Source: Leptonemataceae bacterium (GTDB lineage Bacteria; Spirochaetota; Leptospiria; Leptospirales; Leptonemataceae). From it: DNA of 64,000 nt. Location of the stretch: positions 5,568,001 to 5,632,000 of the forward strand of contig OZ245742.1 of NCBI GenBank assembly GCA_965227295.1. Direction: 5' to 3'. Shown here piece after piece: positions 39,259 to 48,870 of the stretch (position 1 is the stretch's first letter; each line of letters starts with the position of its first letter). The notes beneath the pieces were generated by a model. It saw only the letters and a list, made by a program, of their open reading frames with translations, searched no databases and was not told the DNA's origin. Made by a program: the position numbers and the translations under genes.

Positions 39259-39762
39259 ATGCCAACATCCGAAACAACGACGACGCTTCTACAGGACAGC
39301 GAGGTCCTCTCCGCCCTGCCGGTGGAGCACCTGTGCGATTTCGACATCCGCTTTGAGCCGGTCCAACGCATCGACACCGCAGCGGGAACCAGGCTCAATT
39401 ACATCATTCGGGAGGGCATCGTGCGCGGGCCGCGCATCCAGGGTGAATTTCTCCCCGGCGGTGGGGACTGGCTCATCACCGGCACGGACGGAGTCTCACA
39501 CCTGGACGTACGCGCCACGCTGCGTACGAAGGACGACGCACTCATCTACCTCACAAATCGCGGCCGGGTCTCCATGTCCACGTCCATGCGCCGCCGCTAC
39601 TTAATGGGACAGCAACTGCCTTATTCCGCCATGTACGCGCGCTCGCATCCGCAATTCGAAACAGACGCCCCGGAATACGCTTTTCTGAACGCGGCGGTAT
39701 GCATCGCGTTCAACGAGGTCAGCCTGGACCGGGTGATCTATCGCATCTACATCGTGCAGTAG
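39259..39762 (+). CDS. DUF3237-family protein
   Basis: G.VRGPRIQG..LPGGGDW....DG..HLDVR.TL.T.D.A.IY....G, PQFET..PEY.FLN. Confidence 0.85.
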   Translation: MPTSETTTTLLQDSEVLSALPVEHLCDFDIRFEPVQRIDTAAGTRLNYIIREGIVRGPRIQGEFLPGGGDWLITGTDGVSHLDVRATLRTKDDALIYLTNRGRVSMSTSMRRRYLMGQQLPYSAMYARSHPQFETDAPEYAFLNAAVCIAFNEVSLDRVIYRIYIVQ

Positions 39763-39854
39763 GCCTATTCTCCATGGTGCATACCACACCTGAACATGAT
39801 GCAACGCTCCTGAAAAATACTGGCACCCTGTCGCATGTTCGCGGACAACAACAC

Positions 39855-41036
39855 ATGCAGGAAGTACTGCGACACGGCATTCTCTACGGCGGCATCTTTC
39901 TGTTCCTGGGCGGCTGGGGTCATCTCCTGCGCCCGGGCAAACTCATCACCAATCGCATGCTCGCTCTACTGAGCATCGCGGTAGCCGTCCAGTTTCTGTA
40001 CCTGTACTTCCTCATGCGGGAATGGCACTTCGAACCCGGCTACTGGAACTACGCTTACCTGCCGTTTGTTTTCGTCTGCGGCCCGGGCATGTACATCCTG
40101 TTTCGCGCCACGGTCGAAGACGGCTACCGACCGTCACGCCATGTATGGTTGTTCGCTCCCGCCGTGGTACTCGTCCCGTTTCTGCCGCTGAGCTACGACC
40201 TGGCCCCGCACTGGTACGAATCGGGACCCATCGACTACTATTTCGCCGGCGCGACCACGCCCCTCGACATCGTCACGCTCTTCGGATTCTACGCCAATCT
40301 TTTCTGTTACGTGGTGATCTTCGTGCACGCCGGCCCGGTCTTTCGCTGGCGCTCACTCTCCCAGGAACCGGCCGCGCGCATCTTGCTCGGTATCCTGGTC
40401 GGCAACTCCCTGCTCATGGGCGCGCTGGGCTGCGCTCATCTTCTGCGGCGCGCGGACGGCGTGATCTACGTGGCCTTCGGTACCTCGGTATTCGCGGCGG
40501 TAATCTCCGTGTTTTCTCAGAGCGCTCCGTACCTCTTTCAGGAACTGGGCATCGCCATCCGCAAGGCCTACAAGAACTCGCGCCTGGCCGGCGTGAACGT
40601 GGCGGCCCTGGAACAAGAACTGCGCCGCTTAATGGAAGAAGACAAACTCTTTCTGCACGAAGACTTGAGTCTGCAGGCTCTCGCCCACGAACTGGACGTA
40701 AAGCCCTACCAACTCTCCGAATTCTTAAACGCGCACCTCGAACAAAACTTCTCTCGTTTCGTGAACGGCTACCGCGTGGCAGAAGCCGCGCGCATGCTCC
40801 TCGAAGAAGAAGCCGCCAGCATCCTCTCGATCGCCTTTCGCGTGGGCTTCAATTCAAAGGCGACGTTTAACCAGGCCTTCAAAACCATCCACGGTCTATC
40901 GCCGCGCGAGTATCTCAAAAAAGAACGCGCTCACAAGAAGAATCGCCGACGGCGTACGAAGATCCAGGCCCTGGGCAAACGCGCCGCCCGCATGGCCGCG
41001 AAGGTCGTGCCCTCGAAACGCCGCAAAAAAGGCTGA
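39855..41036 (+). CDS. Membrane-anchored AraC-family regulator (paralog A)
   Basis: About 6 TM helices; YKNSRL; LFLHEDLSL..LA; NFSRFVNGYRV; VGFNSKATFN. Confidence 0.9.
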   Translation: MQEVLRHGILYGGIFLFLGGWGHLLRPGKLITNRMLALLSIAVAVQFLYLYFLMREWHFEPGYWNYAYLPFVFVCGPGMYILFRATVEDGYRPSRHVWLFAPAVVLVPFLPLSYDLAPHWYESGPIDYYFAGATTPLDIVTLFGFYANLFCYVVIFVHAGPVFRWRSLSQEPAARILLGILVGNSLLMGALGCAHLLRRADGVIYVAFGTSVFAAVISVFSQSAPYLFQELGIAIRKAYKNSRLAGVNVAALEQELRRLMEEDKLFLHEDLSLQALAHELDVKPYQLSEFLNAHLEQNFSRFVNGYRVAEAARMLLEEEAASILSIAFRVGFNSKATFNQAFKTIHGLSPREYLKKERAHKKNRRRRTKIQALGKRAARMAAKVVPSKRRKKG

Positions 41037-41099
41037 GATCCGTACCGCGCGAAAACCGCAGCCCTGAGCTCCCTTTTCGTAAATCCCGCGAGCACGGCG

Positions 41100-42060
41100 G
41101 TGCACGACGTACCGGCCGGCAACGCGGGGCGATCGATCAGCCAGGCCGACATCGAAGCGGCCTTCGAAGCCGAAGACGACGGCAGTTTCACCTGGAATCC
41201 GGGCGTGGTCTTTCAGTCCGCGGACGGAACCACCATCACGGGCAACGTCTTTCAACCGAAGCATGTCGCGCCGGGCGAAACGCTGCCGGCGATCATCTTC
41301 GTAAATTCCTGGGCGGTCAACGAGTTCGAGTACATCGTACCCGCGGCGAAGTTTGCGAAGAAAGGTTACATCGTCTTCAGTTACAGTACGCGCGGCTTCG
41401 GTTTCTCCGGCGGACTCATCAACGTCGCCGGCCCCAAAGACATGCAGGATCTTTCCGCTGCCATCATATCTGAACCAGGGCACCCACGCTACGGCCGAGG
41501 CCGCGGGCATTCTGGGACTGCCTAACTTCATCTGGGACAACGCCAACGACTGGTTCGACTATCATCTCAAAGGCGTCGACACGGGCATCATGCAACGGCC
41601 GGCCGTAACCTTCGAAAAAAAGTTCGCCGACATCGGCGAGCGCGTGAGCTACGCCACCTGGCCGTCACCACAGGTTAGCGAGCGCACCTTTTACCTGAAA
41701 CCGCGCGGTCTGTTCAGCGGCGGCAAACTCCAGGACTCGCCCAACTCCAGCAGCCGTACGTCGCGCATCTACAGCGGTATCGATACGACCGCGAATACCG
41801 GTGTGCCGCTCATTTCGCCGATCCTGGAAGGTCATCTGAACGCGCCGGTGCTCACGCCGCTTTCCACGGTCAGCCGCAACCACGGCGTCGTCTACCAGTC
41901 CGATCTCCTGTGGAACGGCCTTAAGATGCGCGGAAAATCAGTTTACCGTGCACGGGTGGAATCGTCCCGGAAAGAGCTGCACCTGAACGTCTATCTCTAC
42001 GACGTGGACTGGTTCGGCACCGGCAAACTGATCACCCACGGCACCGGCACGATTCCAGCC
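41100..42060 (+). pseudogene. CocE/NonD (peptidase S15-like) hydrolase pseudogene
   Basis: PAIIFVNSW..GYIVFSYSTRGFG.SGG.I.VAGPKD..DLSA, then a frame jump at ~41467 to LNQGTHATAE..WFDYHLKG..YLYDVD..GTGKLITHG. No G-x-S-Y-G nucleophile region; both ends look truncated. Confidence 0.8.
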
Positions 42061-42196
42061 AGCAGGGCACCCTCAAAATCGAAGTTGAATGATCTTACGA
42101 ACGTCCGGGCCTCCCCGCGCGGGAAGCCCGGGAAAACGGCGCAAACGCCGCTAAAAAAACTGGCGCCGTGTCGCATGTCCTCCGACCATCGCATTG

Positions 42197-43282
42197 ATGT
42201 TCGAGGTCGCGCGGCACGGCATTCTTTTCGGCTCCATCTTTCTCTTAATGGCGGGCGGCGGACACCTGCTCCGCCCCGGCAAACTCACAACCAATCGCAT
42301 CCTGACCCTGCTGAGCTGGGACGCTGCGGCCATGCTCCTGCTCATGTACCTGCAAATGAGCGGCGTGCGCTTCGAACCCGGTTTCTGGGACTACCTGTAC
42401 GTGCCGTTGATTTACGTCGGCGGACCGGCCATGTACGTCGTCTTCCGCGCCATGGTGGAAATCGACTACGACCTGCGCCGGGACCTCGGCGTATTCGTGC
42501 TCCCCGTGCTGTTGGTTCCGGCACTGCCTCTGAGCTATGTGATCGCCCCGCACTGGTACGAAACCGGCCCGGTGGAGTACTATCTCGAAGGCAGCGTGAG
42601 TCCGCCGGACATCGCCATCCTTGCCGGACTGATCCTGAACGCGTTCTACTACGTGGCCGCGTATTTCCGCACGCGGGAGATCTTCAGCCTGGAATCGTTG
42701 CGCCGCGATCCGGCGGCGCGCATTCTGCTGAGCATCCTGGTGGGCAGCCTCGTCTTCAACACGGCCATGGCCTACCTGCACGCCACGCGGAACACCGAAG
42801 GCATTGTCGTCACGGCCTTCAGTATTTCCGTCTTCGCGGCTATCACCTTTCTGACGACGCAGACCACGCCGCATCTGTTTCAGGAACTGGGCATCGCCCT
42901 GCGCAAGGCCTACAAGACCACCCGCCTCAGCGGTGTGGACGTGGACAACCTGGAGAAAGATCTGCGTCGGTTAATGGAAGATGACAAACTCTTTCTGAAC
43001 GAAGACTTGAGCGTGAACGACCTGGCCGCGGAGCTGGACATAAAGCCGTACCAGCTTTCGGAGTTCCTGAACGCGCACCTGGAACAAAACTTCGCGCGCT
43101 ACGTAAACGGTTACCGCGTAGAAGAAGCGGCCCGCCTGTTGCTGGAAGATGAGGCCGCATCCATTCTTTCCGTGGCCTTTCGGGTGGGCTTCAACTCCAA
43201 GGCCACGTTCAACCAGGCCTTCAAGGCCGTGAAGGGCCAGTCGCCGCGCGAGTTTCTGAAACAAGAACGCGCCGAATCATGA
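42197..43282 (+). CDS. Membrane-anchored AraC-family regulator (paralog B)
   Basis: Collinear with 39855..41036 (RHGIL.G.IFL..GG.GHLLRPGKL.TNR; near-identical HTH region). Confidence 0.9.
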   Translation: MFEVARHGILFGSIFLLMAGGGHLLRPGKLTTNRILTLLSWDAAAMLLLMYLQMSGVRFEPGFWDYLYVPLIYVGGPAMYVVFRAMVEIDYDLRRDLGVFVLPVLLVPALPLSYVIAPHWYETGPVEYYLEGSVSPPDIAILAGLILNAFYYVAAYFRTREIFSLESLRRDPAARILLSILVGSLVFNTAMAYLHATRNTEGIVVTAFSISVFAAITFLTTQTTPHLFQELGIALRKAYKTTRLSGVDVDNLEKDLRRLMEDDKLFLNEDLSVNDLAAELDIKPYQLSEFLNAHLEQNFARYVNGYRVEEAARLLLEDEAASILSVAFRVGFNSKATFNQAFKAVKGQSPREFLKQERAES

Positions 43283-43311
43283 GGCAGGAGACAGTGTGAC
43301 GATGGCGGTGC

Positions 43312-43926
43312 TCAGTACTGCGCGCCAAACTTCTGCTCCGTGCGAGCTACGGCCGCGGCAAAGTCGTCTTCGGGGAGCAGCTTCGTCTCCACGGGAACGC
43401 CGTCTTCCAGAACACGGAGCACGCGCACGTCGCCGGCGCTCACGCTGTCCACTTCCAGTTCGGCCAGGCTGCCGTCGGCCCGCGGAGTGAAGAATCGGCC
43501 GGGCAGGTCTTTCTTCAGGACGATGTTCCGCACGAGTTCCGCTTCACCGCCGTCACCCTGAAAGATGCGCATTTCCAGGAGTTTGCCGAAGTCGCGGTAC
43601 ACAAAATCCACCCGGGCGCCGTCCACCCGCGCCGTACGCCGGAACTCACCGTTTTCGTCGAAGTCGTTCGCGCTGACCGGGTTCTCGCCGGTCCAGAATT
43701 CGACCGAATTCAGCACGAGCAAATCCGCCAGTATGAAGATCGCCCCGACGATGCCCAGGGGCCAGATGGCGAGGACGAAAAACACGATCCAGCTGACCCA
43801 TTTGTTGCCCAGGCTGCCGATCCATTGAAAGCCCTTTCCCGTCAGGGCAAACGACCCCACACAGCGCGGCAAAGTCGCGTAACCAAGGCAGGCGACCAGG
43901 AGACAGATCAGCAGACGTTTTCCCAT
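43312..43926 (-). CDS. DUF3332-like protein
   Basis: C.GSFALT..F.W....NKWV..IVF...ADLLVLNSVEFWTGENP. Confidence 0.8.
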   Translation of the reverse strand: MGKRLLICLLVACLGYATLPRCVGSFALTGKGFQWIGSLGNKWVSWIVFFVLAIWPLGIVGAIFILADLLVLNSVEFWTGENPVSANDFDENGEFRRTARVDGARVDFVYRDFGKLLEMRIFQGDGGEAELVRNIVLKKDLPGRFFTPRADGSLAELEVDSVSAGDVRVLRVLEDGVPVETKLLPEDDFAAAVARTEQKFGAQY

Positions 43927-44162
43927 CCAGAGAACTCCACGGCGGCATGTTCCGCCTCATTAATATAGAAGAATCGCGTCCGAAGATGTGTCCAGTACGA
44001 TTATGTCGTCTCCCGGATTTGTAAAAAAACCTCCCGTACGGGTAACTTTTTTACAAATTCTACTTGCGCTTCTGTGCGGCGCATAAAAGTATAGTGCAAC
44101 GCACAACAGCAGTGCGGGCGGCTCAGGCCGCAACATAGCACAACTTAAAAGGAAGGCACACA

Positions 44163-44519
44163 ATGAGCGCAATCGAAACCGGAGTACGCAACACCCTCAA
44201 CGCAGGCATCGGCCTGTTCCGCGCGGCGGAAGAGAACCTCGGCAAGCTGGGCGATCAAATCAAGACGGCCCAGGGCAGCCTGGAAACCCTCGACCTCAAC
44301 GCGGAAATTGAGAAAGTGAAAGCTCAAGTCGAAGGCTTCGACTTCAACACGCAAATCACGACCATCCAGAAGCAACTGGAAGACGGTTATGCCGACCTCG
44401 TCAGCAAAGGTGCTGCCGATCAGAGCGAGCTGGTTGTGAATCTGCGCGGCCTCCTCGACCAGGGCATTGCCCAGGTAAAAGAGATTCAGGCCCAGGTAGA
44501 TTCTTACCTGAAAAACTAA
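44163..44519 (+). CDS. Phasin-like coiled-coil protein
   Basis: LNAGIGLF..Y.DLV.KGA.DQSE; AGGAAGG RBS. Confidence 0.65.
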   Translation: MSAIETGVRNTLNAGIGLFRAAEENLGKLGDQIKTAQGSLETLDLNAEIEKVKAQVEGFDFNTQITTIQKQLEDGYADLVSKGAADQSELVVNLRGLLDQGIAQVKEIQAQVDSYLKN

Positions 44520-44549
44520 GTCTTATCCTCCCCGATAAGCGAGTTCATA

Positions 44550-44595
44550 CCGGCGATTGCGCCTCCTTCCGGGGGCGCGGCGCCGGGTAATTTTT
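44550..44595 (+). terminator. Candidate rho-independent terminator
   Basis: CCGGCG..GCGCCTCC-ttcc-GGGGGCGC..CGCCGG stem followed by TAATTTTT. Confidence 0.5.
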
Positions 44596-44631
44596 GTACT
44601 TCCGCAAACCCGCGCCCGTCGGCCTACGAAC

Positions 44632-45522
44632 TGGCTACGGCTTTGCGGGAGTTGTGGATTTTCGTTTTGTTAAGAATGTTGCGTTCGACCCGGACGCCGG
44701 TTGTGCGACTCAGCTACCGGAGCGATTCTTGCGGCGAAGACGCCGTTCCGGTGCGCCTTACCATGCTCCCCGGCATGAACTCCGTTCATCTGCTGGAACC
44801 AGCCGTACCCAAAAAAGTCTTAATGCAAACTGACCGCCACTTACACCACGATTCGGGGCGTCCGCGAGCTGTCCGAGCGTTTCCGGTAATCCAAGAGCTG
44901 CGGTTCGTTGCGTTTGCCGTGAAAAAAAGGGAGTAAGTCGCCAAACTTTGAAGGGGATCATTTGGCTACGGCTGAGCGGGAGTTGTGGAATTTCGTTTTG
45001 CTAACATCGTCCGCATCGACCCGGACGTTGGTTTGTGACTCAGCTATCGCGAACCACTGCAACGTTTCTTGCGATGAAGACGCCGTTCCGGTGCGCCTTA
45101 CCATGCTCCCCGGCATGAACTCCGTTCATCTGCTGGAACCAGCCGTACCCATACAAGGCTTAATGTACACTGGCCGCTACTTACACCACGATCCGGGGCG
45201 TGTTCGAACGACCAAAGGGTTTCCGGTAGTTCAAGAGCTGTGGCTCGCTGCGTTTGCCGTGAAAAAAAGGGAGTAAGTCGCCAAACTTTGAAGGGGATCA
45301 TTTGGCTACGGCTGAGCGGGAGTTGTGGAATTTCGTTTTGCTAACATCGTCCGCATCGACCCGGACGTTGGTTTGTGACTCAGCTATCGCGAACCACTGC
45401 AACGTTTCTTGCGATGAAGACGCCGTTCCGGTGCGCCTTACCACATTCCCCGGCATGACCTCCGTTCATCTGCTGGAACCAGCCGTTCCCGTAAATCCCA
45501 AACCAAACTGACCGCTACTTAC
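44632..45522. repeat. Tandem array of ~2.6 copies of a 331-340 bp unit
   Basis: Units start TGGCTACGGCT at 44632, 44963 and 45303; 44909-45103 is identical to 45249-45443. Confidence 0.95.
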
Positions 45523-45589
45523 TTCAAGGTTCGCGGCTGCGCTGTTTTTTCATCGCATGTTCAAAAAAAGAGTCGCCTCCGCCCACTAG

Positions 45590-45608
45590 TGTAATCATCT
45601 TGATTACA
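45590..45608. promoter_or_regulatory. Perfect 8-3-8 palindrome, candidate repressor operator of the yceI-like gene
   Basis: TGTAATCA-tct-TGATTACA, 43 bp upstream of ATG 45652. Confidence 0.65.
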
Positions 45609-45651
45609 ATTACACCAAACCGGCACAGACCGGTACATCAAGAGGCAACAC

Positions 45652-46302
45652 ATGAATCTTTACAAATCCATGATCGCGACGTTCGTAATCGCCGGTTTCG
45701 TGGCCTGCGGCGGTGAGTCGAAAGACCAGGCTGCTCCCGTGAAGCTGGAAGACCCGGCCGATCTCAGCACGGCATCCGAGGTCTACACCCTGGAGTCCGG
45801 CGAGGTCGTCTGGACCGGCTCGAAGCTCTACGAAACCAGCTCACACAGCGGCACCGTCGCGGTAAAGTCCGCGAAACTCGGCCTGAACGACGGCGCCCCC
45901 GTCGCCGGCAGCTTCGCCATCGATATGACCACGATCAAGAACACCGATCTGGAAGATCCGGAACTGAACGCGAAACTCGTCGGCCACCTCAAGAACGACG
46001 ACTTCTTCGCCGTCGACAAATACCCCACCGCGAACTTCGAGATCGTTTCGGTCAGCGGCTCCGGCGATAGCTACACGGTCACCGGGAATCTTACCATCAA
46101 AGACACGACCCTGCCCGTCACCGCGCCGGCTACGTTTGCCGTAGACGGTGACACCGTCACCGGCACCGCCGACTTCACCCTGGATCGTACCGAGTTCGGC
46201 GTACGCTACGGTTCGGAAAAGGTCTTCACCGACCTGGCTCAGGACAAAGTCATCGACGACAAAATCAATCTGAAAGTGGACCTCAAGCTCAAGAAGGGCT
46301 GA
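45652..46302 (+). CDS. YceI-family lipoprotein
   Basis: Lipobox FVAC; V.WTGSK, HSGT, IDMTTI, L.GHLK..DFF.VDKYPTA.F, GNLTIK, LDRT.FG..YGS. Confidence 0.92.
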   Translation: MNLYKSMIATFVIAGFVACGGESKDQAAPVKLEDPADLSTASEVYTLESGEVVWTGSKLYETSSHSGTVAVKSAKLGLNDGAPVAGSFAIDMTTIKNTDLEDPELNAKLVGHLKNDDFFAVDKYPTANFEIVSVSGSGDSYTVTGNLTIKDTTLPVTAPATFAVDGDTVTGTADFTLDRTEFGVRYGSEKVFTDLAQDKVIDDKINLKVDLKLKKG

Positions 46303-46488
46303 TCTGATTGAAGCGCACTCCCCGGCGAGGTTGAAAATAACATACCGGGGAGTGTGTTGGCCTTAAACCACATCAGATCTTGTAAAAAAATGTTGGCAAA
46401 CATTTCCCATGTGACATAATATGCTCGGAGATTGGCTACGTCGACTGTCTCCGGGTTTTCATTGACAGAGCGGGCTTCCGGGTATTCT

Positions 46489-46743
46489 ATGCCTGCTGTT
46501 GAAAAACTGACCGATGAATTTACCATGAATCCCGAAGAAGAAACAATCCCTGAGCTAACCTATGACTATGAGTCAGTGCAAACCGGAATTGATTCAGTTC
46601 TGGATCTTGAGAAGAATGAGTCAGAACGTCACAACCCGTTCGACATTCTGAAAGCGACTCCAGGTCTTTCACAGCTCGTTGAAAGCGAAGCCAGGCTCCA
46701 ATCGCAGCTTCTCGGCAGCGCAGGGCCGGAACTAAATCGGTGA
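46489..46743 (+). CDS. Small acidic hypothetical protein (start uncertain)
   Basis: Low-GC ORF; promoter-like TTGGCA-N16-CATAAT (46393-46420) and TTGACA (46462) upstream; GTGA overlap with the next ORF. Confidence 0.5.
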   Translation: MPAVEKLTDEFTMNPEEETIPELTYDYESVQTGIDSVLDLEKNESERHNPFDILKATPGLSQLVESEARLQSQLLGSAGPELNR

Positions 46744-47129
46744 CATCGGAAGACGAACGCGCCTACCACGATGCGCGGACTGACCTCGACCGAGTCGTGG
46801 TGGAAGCAACCAAGTCCGCCCGGAATGCAATACAACGCATAGCGCACCTTAGAGCGCAAATACATCTAAAACTTATTCAGGAATGGATCAAACACTATAA
46901 CGGTGTTTTGATACCGAATATGCTGGATGCCCTCTATCTGCCCGAAACGAAATACCGCCTCGGGCAGGCTACACATAGCTACTACCAGTATGTTTTTTTG
47001 TATCGTCTCCTCAACGGATTGACGCCCTTCCGAATGTTCCTTGAGCCCGAGCATCGAAATATGCTACGTATCTTGAATACAATCGGTGATCGACTCAATG
47101 TTGGCAGCGATTGGGACCCGGCTCCTTAG
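46740..47129 (+). CDS. Hypothetical protein
   Basis: 129-aa low-GC ORF, translationally coupled to the previous ORF. Confidence 0.5.
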   Translation: MTSEDERAYHDARTDLDRVVVEATKSARNAIQRIAHLRAQIHLKLIQEWIKHYNGVLIPNMLDALYLPETKYRLGQATHSYYQYVFLYRLLNGLTPFRMFLEPEHRNMLRILNTIGDRLNVGSDWDPAP

Positions 47130-47158
47130 CACATGGAGTCTGCCGAAGCCGTAACGCA

Positions 47159-48001
47159 ATGAGCCCGACCCTCAGCGCCACGATCATCACGTACAACGAA
47201 GAACGGCAGATCGCCCGCTGCATTGAGTCCGTCCACAATTGGTGCGACGAAGTATTGATCCTGGACTCCCACTCCACGGACCGCACCAGAGAAATCGCCG
47301 AAGCGTATCCCAAAGTCAAATTCCTGGCCCACGACTTCGACGGCCACGTACAACAAAAGAACCGCGCCATCGATCACGCGAGCGGCGAATGGATCTTTTC
47401 CCTGGACGCCGACGAGGAGGCCTCGCCCGAGCTGGCCGCGGCGGTGCGCGAATTCATTGCGAAGAACCCGCAGGCCCAGGGGGCACGCATTCGGCGAGTG
47501 ACCTGGCACCTGGGGCGTTTCGTACGTTACGGCGGCTGGACCCACGCGCGGCATCGCCTGGTGCGTAAGGGCGAAGGCCGCTGGGGCGGCGAGAACCCGC
47601 ACGACCAGGTCTATCTGCGCGGCCGGCCGCTGTGGAAACGCAACATGGGCCGCGTGTTAAAAGGCCACCTCATCCACTATTCGTTCCGCGATCTCTCGGA
47701 TCAGGTAAACACCATCAACAAGTTCTCAAGCATCGTTGCCTTCACCCGTTCCGAACGCGGCACGCGCGCCTCGTTGTTCAAGATGCTCGGCAAACCCTTT
47801 TCGAAATTCCTGGAACTCTATGTACTGAAGCTCGGTTTCCTCGACGGCATGCCCGGTTTCATCATCGCCGTTTCCAGTTCGTATGCCACGTTCTTACGCT
47901 GGGCAAAACTCTACGAACTGAAGCACACCGGCCTCGAACGTCCCTCTAACTTACGCGCGGACTACAGCGTCGACCGAGCTCCGTACCGGGGAGAGACCTG
48001 A
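47159..48001 (+). CDS. GT2-family glycosyltransferase (LPS beta-1,4-glucosyltransferase-like)
   Basis: IITYNEE, LDS.STDRT, QKN.A, WIFSLDADE, HYS. Confidence 0.9.
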   Translation: MSPTLSATIITYNEERQIARCIESVHNWCDEVLILDSHSTDRTREIAEAYPKVKFLAHDFDGHVQQKNRAIDHASGEWIFSLDADEEASPELAAAVREFIAKNPQAQGARIRRVTWHLGRFVRYGGWTHARHRLVRKGEGRWGGENPHDQVYLRGRPLWKRNMGRVLKGHLIHYSFRDLSDQVNTINKFSSIVAFTRSERGTRASLFKMLGKPFSKFLELYVLKLGFLDGMPGFIIAVSSSYATFLRWAKLYELKHTGLERPSNLRADYSVDRAPYRGET

Positions 48002-48870
48002 TGGCATCTCCTGCGACCCCGGGCAAACGCGTGCCGGGCCTTTCCGGCGTCATCATCACGAAGAACGAGGCCGAACGCATTGCCGATTGCATCGACTCCC
48101 TCGCCGATCTCTGCGAGGAGATTCTGGTTCTGGACTCCGGTTCCACCGACGACACACGTACGATCTGCGCCCGGTACAACAACGTGCGTTTTGTGACGCG
48201 CAACTTCGACGGCTACGCCCGGCAAAAAAATCATGCCCTGGAAATTGCAAAGGGGCCCTGGCTCTTCTGCCTGGACGCGGACGAACGCATCACTCCGGAC
48301 CTCGCCGAAGCCGTGCGCATCTTTCTCGCGCGGGACGACGTTCGTAACGGCCATACATCCGTTGTGGGCGCGAAGTTCATCCGGCTCACGTACCACCTGG
48401 GCGCTTACATTCGTCACAGCGGCTGGAATCACTACCGCTATCGCCTGGTCAAACAGGGGGCCGTGGAATGGCGCGGGGTTTCGGGACTGCAACTGCACGA
48501 ACTTCTGTATCCCGTCGGCCGGGACTGGGATTCGCGGTCGGGCCTCGCCCTGGGCGGCGAGATCATCCATTACTCGAAGACCGATCTTTCGAACCAGGTG
48601 GACACGATCAACACTTACTCCTCCATCTACGCCTACCAGCGTTACAAACGCAAACCAAAGCAAAGTTACTTTTTTCGAATGTTAACAAAGCCGCCCGTGA
48701 AATTCCTGGAGATCTTCATTTTCAAGCGCGGTTTTCTGGACGGAAGCCGGGGCTTTCTCATTGCCGTGTCCAGCGCCTACAGCACGTTCTTACGCTGGGC
48801 CAAAATCTACGAGCTGCGCCGCACCGGACTCGCGCGACCTTCGAATCTTCCCGGGTACATCGAAGAATGA
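48001..48870 (+). CDS. GT2-family glycosyltransferase (tandem paralog)
   Basis: IITKNEA, LDSGSTDDT, LDADE; C-terminus TFLRWAK.YEL..TGL.RPSNL shared with the upstream gene. Confidence 0.9.
   Translation: MASPATPGKRVPGLSGVIITKNEAERIADCIDSLADLCEEILVLDSGSTDDTRTICARYNNVRFVTRNFDGYARQKNHALEIAKGPWLFCLDADERITPDLAEAVRIFLARDDVRNGHTSVVGAKFIRLTYHLGAYIRHSGWNHYRYRLVKQGAVEWRGVSGLQLHELLYPVGRDWDSRSGLALGGEIIHYSKTDLSNQVDTINTYSSIYAYQRYKRKPKQSYFFRMLTKPPVKFLEIFIFKRGFLDGSRGFLIAVSSAYSTFLRWAKIYELRRTGLARPSNLPGYIEE

Noticed and set aside
41353..42984. 543-aa ORF as a single real gene
   Set aside because: Only ~41467-42060 is hydrolase-like; the rest is read-through overlapping the AraC paralog in another frame.
44632..45522. 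CRISPR array, or protein-coding repeats (ORFs 44643-44936, 44962-45276, 45302-45511 and reverse ORFs)
   Set aside because: The unit is ~340 bp with no short-repeat/unique-spacer structure and no cas genes. The ORFs start at TTG, and differences between copies are mostly non-synonymous with frame-shifting indels, so coding is not supported, though not excluded.
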